This document shows, piece by piece, positions 32,201-38,800 of a stretch of DNA of 64,000 nt. Source of the stretch: a virus (Duplodnaviria; Caudoviricetes); IMG/VR virus record IMGVR_UViG_3300033066_001102, positions 10,614 through 74,613 of that record; one strand, given 5' to 3'. The first letter of the stretch is position 1, and each line of letters opens with the position of its first letter. Under the pieces are notes generated by a model. It was given only the letters and a program-made list of their open reading frames with translations, was not told the origin of the DNA and ran no database searches. The position numbers and the translations under genes are program-made.

Positions 32201-32707
32201 CTCTGTAATGGTTTTTTTCGCAATTGCTATTTGCTTATTTCCGGAAGGGAATTGACCAATAAGCTCACCACCTTCAACTTTCAGTTTCGGAACTTCTGGC
32301 ACCCATCCCGCGAAGTAATCGGTGATCATCCGTTTTGCCTTCTGAACCATTGATTGATCCGTTGGCTCCTGGTCAACCGCATTAACCGGTTTCTGCGGAT
32401 AAGTAACGGAAGATTTATTTTCAGTAGCCGTCGGTGTAGCGACAGGAGTACTGGTCAACTTATCACCCAAGTTTGCCGATGGTCCGAGCGATTTTGTATC
32501 AACAGGGGCAGTGTTGGTCAGACGGAGCGCACTGTCAACCTTTGAACTGAACTTGTCATAATCAGGAAGATTGAAATCTCTGGCAGCGGCATCATAAAAG
32601 GACTTCCGGAGTTTTGGGTCCTTCATCTTCGACTGAAAATTCTCATAGCTGCCTACATTGAACTTTTGTGAAGCGGCCTGGTATAATGGGAGCAAATCAT
32701 TGGGCAT
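14249..32707 (-). CDS. Giant 6152-aa polyvalent, probably virion-injected protein with a DarB-like N6-adenine MTase plus SF2 helicase, J-domain, DUF2958, ParB-like and zincin-like modules
   Basis: VLEPAAGVGHF and NVPF (MTase); AHDVGSGKT, DEAD, SGTPITN, QRNGRGIRQG (SF2); YRKLSFKYHPDKG (J); HEAFSH and HEILH; DGRHR; ejection-protein-like N-terminus; lies next to cargo genes. Confidence 0.85.
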   Translation of the reverse strand: MPNDLLPLYQAASQKFNVGSYENFQSKMKDPKLRKSFYDAAARDFNLPDYDKFSSKVDSALRLTNTAPVDTKSLGPSANLGDKLTSTPVATPTATENKSSVTYPQKPVNAVDQEPTDQSMVQKAKRMITDYFAGWVPEVPKLKVEGGELIGQFPSGNKQIAIAKKTITEGDIEDADGMRDKLVGLGVMHEEVLKAKNTNFLKDVINQPASNTFYGQQYRLPTQIDSFLKPRAEILNNLNKVYADTSFIRPIQSKYDSIFQRDPEYLALNKSLEAAIQNLKVEASKTFDLSSPEGNANAQNFVRQKGAELNQVYNAKITDLWQSKYFTPLKTEIDDAFNLKIDAVISPSKTILGGDYIRKAQSAFESPEFQGKSYEEKKKLMDHAWQNKAIELHNAGVSPEDIFEARKQFYYHVVRPAYITDKGNLTTFSLRSYAEQTLPEIDKQIAELKKELNVARNDGIEKNGSLSNESIDKYKEYRLLLQTRENLVKIGTLPENYQGWFYQGAINKRMTDFIPFIKSIADIPDNINLLSIKNKVRDGKALSPIETLLLQSETAKNDIESQITPNYWYTAGQITTGMFPYIGEFAATSGVYSSAKTVVGQGLQKIAAKAGTSILDLGKISAAQSAKSAGSVIFAESAAGRSSEVLASLIGGIAQTAANPQMYINTTLERMQPGMVMAFSPDGTKLLYQLDESQKGRGEDFSTAFAKAFGTSWAEFATERIGEVVPWMGNAFSKKVLKDPDFMKRLTVGYWLARHGIEPNEAIQEIFKHNLSYSNIIGEQFEEWVNSPLSNIITGDQGVFEGYNKEFFATTALGIGAFAPIASVGSFLPKAKSTVRYFDVNQNPVAVNISNGKLGQLYALRNAGVMSIRDFRKKNLGKFAAGDERIYAEQVLNAFETRATAKKVGAPGMNEAEVAMKVNRYKNIPAAHASALLAELNRKIKEQTNVAAGMPESQTVPIIDVVPPVIGIDIGDPVEHIPVDIPFPEDDLDEELIDQLEDIKKEITPGTENKNKAKLSVIGNKEFISVENIEYEVKKSKSGSIIFENSVSGKEVDRRSPIYDKVVSGYLVEKYSSTPELDVSDINNEEDYYHKLGSEGENPLEILIGAAYMDQMEGESLQFSDKERRMADAHISFNNEDVRRYFGYDLSDLPNWQALRDNYYGKNAKGIDQSVSDLNLREDFDRFTEKDLWDFMLKYPNGLDESKLFGPLTSRLGQQFTAITGIQFDRTLLKTFAEYRKKASQIPSSEQEDILAWLDDNPDGTIEELTLEVPLTDETKTLINEITTEETKDEIGQEQQGGAGVAKNEIQQPEAKGESALNDVDVKKQKAFEKFDEKNIQEDVKKTSNILRKVLPNKIGDYVFEKLFSVGGNWHITYRKETERTNIHTGEKYIDIADQSFPLDKEDILNLSETDLLAKIEELANKNGIRGKAASQSPEEKRGAIAGGERNVEATNIAEGLSQEEVVPESQPTDTRQQLEEFGVPKEDVGKNPNALEDVEYTLRNPKKNEIVFVDTDKILERQSKDQPDYDVTNKKNQIGNRVQKAKEFISNYLNDNRWVHPKTGERTETKVTFEPSVASINDGKLGFEDGRHRILAAKELGLKKVAIEVPKDQVELFKKEFTPTTDKKTSTDNTTEAKEEEVKPSKVEKTAKSVITPNIVNFMPEAELESLQQNELKSEESEFFIDMLDKLDKLIEGMPATYETDDQEEGDKIVYLHYFIGGRDWYIIEKDKGSKDDAPKDKGKQYQAFGYAKFGEDGEWGYISIEEMKSLPVELDLYWTPKKFSEVIASEKEEAPEPVDKKKDVENFPYRVELIIKGEGGKWNGNDARYATWEEANAAGQKIMMNWMAAEKMRIIDGRTETVATGPEEITTPGTRVTWSNLKQWNDAYLELDKRAPSAKRHKDLYSHIESLPDNIIEAAGQTELDRLKNIISRNEVPKGNRETHPATRIKNAIDRRQTKLNNRKLNDQELNTIGEALKKRFGINYKTVTQDEAKAILNSDRDFFFGILEDIDLFDNVDQNEAKAFILKVYRTVANKEEARKAYRKLSFKYHPDKGADALELMKYLNVVNDNYNKGIISDSHARRPGDQGSGRSGHQQRNTYEDFRRDQEEQMRDWQRRQQERQRQYERERQAGKSAHEEQMRQRREKQSIYDTITKQAREKRDKRKEDARKKRDADKATLNSQKETITPGDYIVKNNAIDKAYTVEILAADKEYMDAIMDATKRYRMQKYDGPMPAGFYDDATETAYFVSGVADETTPIHEAFSHPFILAIEKRNPELYDRLQKSVRKNKEVKEFVDSKYPNASARMKTHEMIARAIDLEARKQLEDKSLIDLIKEFWQEVKAVMLNMFGRKLVIGKNEYKPEDISADTKVEDIVNFVLRSAIKMDLRRSVESDIETIGFNIGRNRPQDLSSWMQTQLLGIGTIDFNKFNLLFEKIGIPPLKKDANGKIENTDDYVRRHIGAIQTYFEAGKPTAYPPVDIPSEVDAAMDEFGDLFDDLTDDGSDIVKNMFSIPYASEEKEKRFSFIAKLKALDRELSSGELDPKEFSIRLARLLDENFERNQSKRIRDRKRGPVYVKERILNAQRKGEITQVGAEFALWLLNKNPLVASDLGISIVTNDYKGMAGTYSPFNRLVRIIKSNNDPYVIVHEILHHTERMLSDEAQKAIFVEWAKQYDKQLRNATTERREALRNLHLSTISNDKDIQDQVFLDFLNGVLNRDDYQYANPSEFWAMNASEYLGNRFISHTVWQKIKAYYQELIEAIKKIFGLPNYHPIIKGMREVLRASGEYKSKEGLVERFLTSKVRTKGAMNEKEIKLNDAGIKMVESAVKAGMTSFESIVNGIRQKFGDQKAEMMLPYLKKAYGSYAYGAPDEISDQLTDKKIVSNFKLPVKNENTENISGGRTPGTKPGSGTTSDLFSGDRPEFSNIPGEVPDETEEISPMETDTGGTGTDQGVETGSNGSGSGGGGERRTKSGRNIRSNPKSKSTESSSEETADPIDPANRNFVITQSTELVPKGEMGKIRANIEAIELLKELEKADRNPTPEEKTILAQFTGWGGLATVLDVNKAQERGQTSWKDKYLSMHNQIVKMLTPSELKSAIASTTNAHYTSKDIISHMWTIAERLGFRGGRVLEPAAGVGHFNGLMPRNLVPNSKMDMVELDLISGRIATKLYPQSNVRVSGFEETRLQPASYDLAISNVPFGPIKVYDKNFEDLTKWNIHNYFIGKSMRMVKPGGLGVLITTSNTMDRGTIQEFRDYMNEHEEVDFMGAIRLPWNAFKENAGTEVTTDILIFRKRTDQGRTHPQAQLWSMAVPHRETVDDEGDPYTQFINEYFHDNPEMMMGEMRLAHEAGRGGLNTANDNTLVPTSDDLNGMIENAIDKLPQNISNTTGSDSSTTTEDLFSEERDVDGGYYIDENGEIYTSENGVRVYVDFENERVTLSGGKSVSVETVFKLFINVKQLAKKLVQSERSVKFTDDELNEQRRKLRIAYLNFHERYGRINRNNKLSFLKEDSEFAIVYSLEKITQKIERNKAGNAYYKYEIAPGDILSRRVNYPYVIPTSAESISDAVNISIIYKGTINIDYVAKLLDINPDAARQLILEERLAFVDPITGMLIDHDEYISGNVREKLKQAELAALTDANFERNVTSLKEVLPPWAPMHLITPGIGSTWIPLSVYSSFMKDQDIQADVTYNENVSKNRYSVKFNKYRSSNSLGEATWGYQNPETGKIIYDASEMMEKALNNGDVKVYKIDPTDAEGKRRIVDHEKTAEARLKLEGLKSEFEAWVKRTESIHDELEQSFNNEVQGFVEYKSTRVIKRFPEQSEFIDGEEFKLRQHQSRAAFRSLRRSTYLAHDVGSGKTYTLISIAMEWKRLKLANKTLIVVHNPTFEQFNASASKLYPGKRILMATKKDMQKENRQRLFASIAYGAWDVVIIPRSFLEKIPNDPDRERAMLQAEIANLEAQKANMDNEEKKQFSRDIAKLKKRMEKLGAKPIADKKTRRVKDEGRQTLRDRRKFAEINNQKKDATFYFEEMGIDAIILDEADAYKKVGFDTSLPNIRGIDVQRSNIAWDAYTKTRFIMQQNGGRNVVMASGTPITNTMAEMWTVMRYISPAMLKELGIDTFDSFAASFTHITQSLELTATGVYKELPRMREFINLPALVAAFRTNVDVVTNEDILEFKESRLVPNKEVEQIVLEMSFATKEVIDTIRSLAVWWDNLQGSQQAKLIWLPIVLYGLAKKAAVDVRLLNNKYKKYPEDPNSKLNQTAIRAAEVYHETTGIKGTQLIFCDSIRSRDSSFNAHQEIRKNLIANGVLPSEIVIADDKFDGLRRALVMQDMNEGKVRFLIGHTDKIGVGINVQERVVALWHVDAPDLPSKMTQRNGRGIRQGNLCALSIEEGGFDRPVMVKEVGVKDTMDALAYQRLEIKGKFINQALSNFLDWSAHDDIDISDGDLQNGIMASMLAGSSTGLLLRESQRMLRQLEAAYNNYRLREGKLAGRVKELEAIIPALYSRKPFLNAFMEDLPNWMDFERTEDGKMKSSDRKITTVTIDGIVHKEKFGQAIDEAQAKAIQKLHEKGRDAGGNVKVVIKFGDHMTAVITNRFGAWVDGGQTGMFNEEARGTNYDKKTEPIFDTNAIGSEVQLFLGERMEDTFNFNGGISLGNRIYGKVKDISFDQETIDTRISEYQSEIDKIKGQIGQPFEKMEEMDMMQKQILELEAQLLQEGITSDGEGELDSNSMELLEIIQRLIADDREREQRKEERKQRKGKKESDQERKQREEDEKMDADEPTAKSEDTEDGEVKGLGAGTEEEEEGPFMQFPDNSKSAGLQERIDNRLKQLYDSVDSEFAKMGSGGKAYLLPPKLILKGALKIIRYSVKAGFSVARAIRNALNYIETTNWYRDQAKRGNPYKMDDFIRMLNDYGISSAADIDSLDSYLKRIRKFVNNAQPGDMETALDNLTNYITQRVKSIGLSDTRLFLDAIDKIRKSQGNPARLATAITRFEQAIDKFIYREQYREAIRAKRDARRNLLKQQKFPDIRMLGMELVNLPIIKSRQRIPVNLLFKYLQAINPLAAKGRELLPDVNLIREVIREVTDWANEIETVEPEERESSEARANREEAQRNRWSDLIDEMKNNFDPTSIVRHPEIDKQLQQKVREFVNIDHHELKFNQMKNYYGVMYNLYHNQLVSGHMDKDWVLPARKQQKAATVVNMKQETEFYFKNIRELAEELKRNPKTLWDTILLRPDPNMKYDAPFWQHYIQPITTAIEQFRTDYQTVKHQLDKLYDALGTGLNSRSKAAMMVRMWAFANQVDRNRPDIDFKKKLNDSIANMRESSFYSDVFEMDYLDAYNALKFTTPTDDTEERVIDLQATWDSFTPAQKAFANGLHDLVEDRLQPIVQYLQMYVRGENVNFIENYHPMTILGGVNVDEAKLENQIAAMESGDGLRDAIMNTKASSMFQRTYPKKVFYSFAYQSLLGSIEGTLFDKHLTEPIREVFGAMITPTFTDAMTSDLATTLRDQVMTMLKHEIGFNELSKSTGQKIVDALIRSLTGQALVSVKRFAEYIPNWTIAAAYLSSNPYNAIKIIYKNGRDFFSHSREWLELMRNNGFSIYQRFSTHTELVDMPGGQSMILHNPFLSPLKHWKESRTTMKKYDHRNRSKLETLAFDTFNAWQHNAVRRTGDLIQQLSIGIGDYPSSFPIWVASFRQYLKDHGYDENIPVQDITTTLPPEVVTAAGNYAEKIVDKSIGVSNRGRAAEKVYSFQNEDERKAWYAYAMGRFRYFLGVLMYQQTAYAQRYASDLISGKGEYGRLKSAGITMGYLAGNMAFNVMSKLISALIIGMGGDPKEKKAQLEDLYTKEYWARNLFSAGLQLFALGRLPYFNKIIFNALAEMANKRVTENLIGHAYNSYHDALLYSPNFPLPTEWAQAKQVYNIFMPFTTPIDKLYQPVLDAMDVVGNGNPDDDALAKYNMARAALAMGNLVIQVPFINKEILNTLNQRSMAVKPSDYSSLHEQQYDMAKVKEDAQKLYDSQYSTMPKDEAMDSINFKIADPETPESERLILQQTKKVVEMPKFPLSKRQKFIHNLPAESKPAYIKEELRGATDAQIKTELQSFRDLNVISDYLYLELMDAMYYSKEQNRQEMTPKEQREYRYRAKLRENKN

Positions 32708-32717
32708 GTGATATGTT

Positions 32718-34097
32718 TTAATAGTTTGACCAACCTTCTATGTTTATCTTCCCGCCGCTTGCAGGACTGTAATAAATGTCTTTACGCTTGAATCGCGTAG
32801 GTGTCTTTCCAGACTGCGCAATCTCAAATGCTGTTTGAATATCCGGTGTCATGTATTGCGACTGATCTTCTTCGGCAGTAGTGGCACCAAATCCAATGTC
32901 TGGAGTTGCAGCAGCATACTTATTTGGATTATAAATATTCGTACCATCATGGTTGATCAGTCCCATCAAACTGGTATAATCCCCAATATTCACATTACTT
33001 GCCCCCAGTATGCGCTGCGCCATATCATCAAAGGTCAGCGCATCGCTGGTGCCATCATCATATTTCACCACGAATCTGGATTGTGAAGGATCAGCAGGAT
33101 CATTCTTTACCTGTACAGCAACGGCCTCGTTCACAAATTTTCCTGTCCCTTTCCTGAGCTTGGTGATGTCAAAAGGTGTAACATTTACATTATAAGCACC
33201 GGTAGCAGGATCGTAAGTGGTTTTATTGGTAGGATCAAACATTGCACGGTGCAGGTTATCAGTAACCGATTTCACTGATTGTAACTTGTCCATATACTTT
33301 TGTTGAGCAAGCCAACTGTCATAACCACCGCCTGATCCGTGAGATTGAATTCTTCCCCAAATAAACTTCGTAGCGCCTTTCACTTCCGGATTATCGTACA
33401 GATCTGCCATCTGCTCAATATCCTCTCTTGGAATAGCAGGATTTTCTGCAGACATCACATCGACAAGAAATTCCTTTCCTACATATCCCTTATGTTTAGC
33501 GTCTGCAGTAGGCATTTCGATTGAAAGGAATTTTAACGGATTAACTTCTGGCATGGCATGAGAACGTGAAAACGGCAACTTTTTGATCACACCCTTATTG
33601 TGCAGGTCAACGGCCTCAATCCACGGCACCTTTTCTTTCGTCCCGCCCGGATATTCCACTTCAACCGGCGCTACCCATTCGCTTTTTTGGATCGCTTCGG
33701 TGCCCAGGTTGTAGTTCTTCAGGTTTTCCTTTGCATCACGCAATTCCGGACTATCGAGCAGTGTCCGTTTATACTTCGATACCACTTCAGGAGCCATCAA
33801 CTGAAGCATGTGCGTGTCATTGTTGTACTTCGATAGTTCCGCAATAACCGGTTGCATCAACTTCTCATGTGCTGCCTTGAACCGTTCAGCATCGGCAGGT
33901 AGCATCTCGCTTGCCTTTTGTGCCGTTTCCTCTAATTGTGCCGAAACCAGTCCCATTGCCTTCATCCGCTCCTTCATCTGATCGAGAGCATCATCACGCA
34001 TTCGTGTAGCAATGGTGATGTTTTCCATCGAATCTCTTCTTCTGGCTGCATAGTCAGGCGAAGCGTTTAATCCATTATAAAAGGCGGCTCCAGGCAT
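32718..34097 (-). CDS. Putative internal virion/cargo (ejection) protein
   Basis: Helical Ala/Gln-rich N-terminus; position between tail stabilisation protein and giant protein as in crAss-like phages. Confidence 0.55.
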   Translation of the reverse strand: MPGAAFYNGLNASPDYAARRRDSMENITIATRMRDDALDQMKERMKAMGLVSAQLEETAQKASEMLPADAERFKAAHEKLMQPVIAELSKYNNDTHMLQLMAPEVVSKYKRTLLDSPELRDAKENLKNYNLGTEAIQKSEWVAPVEVEYPGGTKEKVPWIEAVDLHNKGVIKKLPFSRSHAMPEVNPLKFLSIEMPTADAKHKGYVGKEFLVDVMSAENPAIPREDIEQMADLYDNPEVKGATKFIWGRIQSHGSGGGYDSWLAQQKYMDKLQSVKSVTDNLHRAMFDPTNKTTYDPATGAYNVNVTPFDITKLRKGTGKFVNEAVAVQVKNDPADPSQSRFVVKYDDGTSDALTFDDMAQRILGASNVNIGDYTSLMGLINHDGTNIYNPNKYAAATPDIGFGATTAEEDQSQYMTPDIQTAFEIAQSGKTPTRFKRKDIYYSPASGGKINIEGWSNY

Positions 34098-34100
34098 GGC

Positions 34101-35810
34101 TTAATGTGTTGGCAGTTGTGATTGTGGATTGTAATTACCGTAATTTAAGTACCAAAGAGGATCTTCTGGTAAAATTGGAGAACGCTCTATTTCAGAATTA
34201 AGTAACGATGGCGGCAAAAAAGGCGATTGCAATTTCGGCACTGTTGGCATTACCGGAGCAGCTGCAGTAACAGGAGTAGCGGCCTTATCTTCCGGAACCA
34301 ATCCTTTTAACCATGCGCTGATGTCCATTCCGCTCAGTTTCTTATTCACTTCAATCAGCGACTTCAAGTATTGATCATTTATACTACCAGGTCCATAGTT
34401 TTTACTGTAGTCCATCTGGTTTATCATGCTTTGTAATCCTGTCTTTGCCAAGTCGCCTGCAGCGGTTTGTTCACGCAATTTCTCTTCATACTTCCGGATG
34501 AAATTCTCTTTGTCCATGCTCACATCCTGAAGGAGCGCATTACCATAAGCCTGTTGTGACCTCCGTTTCATATCCGCGTTGGCCGCAGCAAACTTCATTG
34601 CTCGACTCATGTAGTCGCCGGCAAAACGTGAAGCATCACCGACGCTGAAAGCACCATTACCACCGCTTGTTTCATGCGCAAAATTTAATCCGGCCGTAAG
34701 TGCTCGCTCATTAGCATCTTTGATCGCACCTGCTTCCGCTCCTGTGAAGCCCATAGTCGCATCCTTATGAAGCTGTAATAGATATTGTGACCAAGCATCC
34801 GGTTTCTTGAATTCGGGAAGATCGCCCTTTGTGCCCTGCATTCCCATAAGGAACTGTGCAGCATTGAATATTTGCTCAGGTCCGCCAAGTTGTGTACTGA
34901 TCTTTTCAGCAGTATCCCATGGATTATTATAGCTTCTTCCTCCCCCCATGTCAATAATGGTAGCACCGGAAGCATATTCAATCGGATCCTGCTTGTACTT
35001 TTTCGGATCCCCGCCACCGGCCACAAACCCGAAAAATTTACGTTGTCGCTTTGATATTGGTTTACCGTAAACTGTACCGTCTTTCAATATCTGCTTTGCT
35101 TTTTCAGCACTGAGCTCACCGCCCTTCTTCGCTTCCATCAAACCTTTTTCTTCCTCATGATCCGGTTGACGGTCCATTGCCTTCGCAACAAACTTGCCGA
35201 GCGCAGTAGGATCGCCTTCTTCTTTGAGTTCCTTCATTTTCCGGTTATCGGACTTGCTCATTACCCGTTCACCATAGCTGATGTCGCCAACGTGACGACC
35301 AGTTTTTTTGTCAATCATGGCGAGGTCTTCATCGCCGTCCCACCAGTGTTTCATTTCGCCTCCTTTTTTCATTGGATGAAAGGACGAGCCCCAATCGTCC
35401 GAAAGATTCACGTCATTGGTTGCACCTGCAGCGCCGGACATGGTCATTTTTGCACCTTGGCCAATTGCCGATATTCCTAAAGGATTACCTGGAACAAGTA
35501 TTTCAGATAATACACCACCAGCCGTTATAAGTACTCCTACGCCTGCCATTGAAGCTGCGTGATCCGATGCTTTATTGTCATTCACATTTTCAAGAAAAGT
35601 ATTAAAACCGTCACCCTTGAATTGCTGCGCCATTCCATGACGGGTATTACTTCCAAATCCAGGTATAAACCGTGCGACTTTCCCAAAGTTGTTACGTTCA
35701 CCAGTTTGTTTAAATCCGGCTATTGCAGCAATCCATTTCTTATCGTCCGGCAGATATGTTGGATCGACAACAAATTGAGAATCGGGAATATTTTCATTAA
35801 AGAGTGGCAT
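34101..35810 (-). CDS. Putative internal virion/cargo protein with a hydrophobic Gly/Ala segment
   Basis: Gly-rich TM-like stretch, KKGGE repeats, motif AKQILKDGTVYGKPISKRQRKFFG. Confidence 0.55.
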   Translation of the reverse strand: MPLFNENIPDSQFVVDPTYLPDDKKWIAAIAGFKQTGERNNFGKVARFIPGFGSNTRHGMAQQFKGDGFNTFLENVNDNKASDHAASMAGVGVLITAGGVLSEILVPGNPLGISAIGQGAKMTMSGAAGATNDVNLSDDWGSSFHPMKKGGEMKHWWDGDEDLAMIDKKTGRHVGDISYGERVMSKSDNRKMKELKEEGDPTALGKFVAKAMDRQPDHEEEKGLMEAKKGGELSAEKAKQILKDGTVYGKPISKRQRKFFGFVAGGGDPKKYKQDPIEYASGATIIDMGGGRSYNNPWDTAEKISTQLGGPEQIFNAAQFLMGMQGTKGDLPEFKKPDAWSQYLLQLHKDATMGFTGAEAGAIKDANERALTAGLNFAHETSGGNGAFSVGDASRFAGDYMSRAMKFAAANADMKRRSQQAYGNALLQDVSMDKENFIRKYEEKLREQTAAGDLAKTGLQSMINQMDYSKNYGPGSINDQYLKSLIEVNKKLSGMDISAWLKGLVPEDKAATPVTAAAPVMPTVPKLQSPFLPPSLLNSEIERSPILPEDPLWYLNYGNYNPQSQLPTH

Positions 35811-35812
35811 AT

Positions 35813-38800
35813 CTATCTTATTTTAGCAATCGGTTGATAAGATTGATCGTGTGAAGTTAATGCAATCACGGCATCATCCGCATTGGTAAATATCAACTCG
35901 GTAGTCATAGTCTTACCAGATAGATGTTCACCGCTTACATTCCTGCCCATTGTTGGAGTAGTAAATAGAAGGTTTTTATACCTGGATTTGGTATCTCCTG
36001 AAATTGTCAATCCTTGTGTTTGGGTATCAGTTACCCAATTTACTGTCGTTAGCAAATCATAAGCATCTGGATTGATATTCGTCCAAGAATTATGAAAAAG
36101 TTTATTTACGTCTGGCAGCGGATTCTGAACGAACTTAATTTTTGTCTGTCTATAAGTCCCAAAGTACTTACCCCTTTCACCGACGTTATGTACATACCAG
36201 TCCAAAGTACCATCCGTTTCTACGGAAGCAGACATCATCAATCCCCTTATAGTAGTATAAACATACGGAACCCAGTCAAAGATGGAAACGAAACTTGTAA
36301 CATGCTCATCTGCACTATAACAGATTGTGGTCCTTGTTTTTTCTTGTCCGTGTGATACTGCGTAAATACTCCAATAGATTTTCTCCCTAACAGGATCATA
36401 ACCCCCTGCAATATGACGTGCCTCATCATCCACTGACACATCTTCATAACTAAGATACATCAGGTTGTCATAACTCCATTGCTTCATCTCGCAACGAACG
36501 GATAGATTCGTTATGCCATCCTGAGCAAATCGAACAAAGGACTTGCTATAGTAATCCGGATAATAAAAAGCCTTTGGCGTTTGGATGATCGCATGCGGAT
36601 GGATACACCCATATTCAGTACTGATAGGATAAGGTTTTTGCCATACTTCCGGTGTTCCAATCGAGATTGCTTGGCCTGCTTCCGTTGATAATGCAGTAAG
36701 TTCATTGATTCGTAAGCCAAACAACGCCCTTTCTTGAATTGAATACATATTGTTTCCGAAATAGCCTCGACCGGTAATCTTTCCATACTGAAGTTCCACG
36801 TTTCCACGGTTTCCTGTAAGGAACTGCCTGTAGTTATCATTAAATTCTCCCGGCACCTTAAGCAAGGAGTATAGCCATGTGCCGTCAAAATCAGTGATCG
36901 TAGGATTGATTTCCGATGGCATTGAAACATAAGCCTGGACATTGCTTTCGTGCATTACCACGGAATTTAGATAGAATTCTTCCGGTTGCCCTTCCATAAT
37001 TCCTTCCGGGAAATTTTCCGGATCTTCATAACCACACGCTTCGGCCTGACTGCGAATTCCCTTACTTGCAAAATTGCGCCCCCTTCGAAGTGCTATATTC
37101 ATACTTGATTCAAGAGGAACAATAACACCTACGCCATAGTCTTGCCAGCAATCGCCATCATGAGTACAATCACCAGGCTTTGGATATAATCGTACAAAGT
37201 CAAAAAGCCAAGGGTAACAATCCCCACCCCAAACCTCGACTCCATTCAGAATATATCTGTCACCACCGGTACGAACCGCATCAATTGTTATTGTATCCCC
37301 TCCATCCATGTATGTAATATCACTATAAACATTCGTAGGATGCTCAACAGTAATGATTGTAGTAGTTGTGCTGAAATCACCAAGGGAAAGCGAATCAAGC
37401 CATGTTGTTAATTCGGAAAGAGAGGTAACGCCAGATGATGTGTGCGGAGTACCATTTATAGTTATAGTAAATGCTGTTGATGAAAAGGAATCAGACTCAA
37501 ATGTCCATGTATAACGGTAATCTGATTTAATGTCATCGAGCACGTCCTGATTAATTGGCTGAATATGTCCAGTTCCGATGTAAACACGCTCCTCTAATGA
37601 ACTTTGATTTGGATCAGTATAATACGATGGCTGCTTTACAATGTAATTAGCAACATAATATGCCGCATAATTAGTTAAATCTGCCCCTGCAGCTGCAAAA
37701 GTAAGATTCTTAAAGTCCTTGGTTTTCAGAATCCATACCTGACGAACCCCCTGCGCATGCGGATTACCACAAGAACCATCAATATCATCCATATTGGCAT
37801 CATTGCGAAACTTAAGGTCTGTATTATCTTCATCGTACCCGGAAGAATCATACTCATTGAATAACGATACAGTTTGCATCCTCTTAACACGCGATTTTTT
37901 CCCGTATTCATAGAGCTTTTCGGATAAAGTTGCATTCCCATCTATAACAACATTCTTTGTATAGTATTTCCGATAATTTCCTTCTAATTGAGTAACGCCG
38001 GGCATATCGCTGCCTTGTTTGTATGCTTCCGGAACACCATAAAGAGCGACAAGATTCATACGGTCAACATCAAAGACAACATCATCCTGAGAGGTTCCTT
38101 CAAAAATATTTCGCTCAAACAATAAATCTGGACTATAGAACATACCAGTATAAGGACGTGAAGCAATATCCAAAGAATTGCTTTCATAACCATATATTCT
38201 ACTATCAGGCACAACCGAATAAGGATCCGTGAAATCATTGCTCGGGAGAGGAAGTGGTTGCGTCGAATTATCTTGATCCTCACTATTCTTTTCTATCACT
38301 GCAGGTAATAACAATCCCTGACATAATATTTGTGGTTTCCTTTTACAGCGAACGATTAAGACGGCACTTACTTGTAATTTCCCATCAGAATCAAATAAAA
38401 TATCAGTGATATCAAGCCCACTAATTTTTAAGCCAAGCAAGTTGATATTTTCAGTATCAGTATCGTTCATCAGCTGATACTCATTACCAGTACCATCATA
38501 TCTATCTGGGAAAGTGTAATCCTTTATGTGTTTAGCGTAAAATTTGTTACCCTTAAGATCTAATGCAACCAATGCAAAAGGATATGTTTCGCCACCCCAA
38601 TAGCTACTAAAAGCATGTTCAAATTGAACTCCTTTATAATTTAGATAGTCATTTATAACAGGAAGACTTACCGTTTTGGATGCTGATAACCGATCAATAT
38701 ACAATTGTTGCGTTAAGGTGCCTTCATCAGTAATTTCAACATCTGTAAGCGGTACACTTGTTTCAGCCTTTAATTCATCAACACTCATTTCTTTTATAAA

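Noticed and set aside
14249-32707. Virion RNA polymerase call based on synteny with crAss-like phages
   Set aside because: No DFDxD catalytic motif seen; recognisable motifs are MTase/helicase and others
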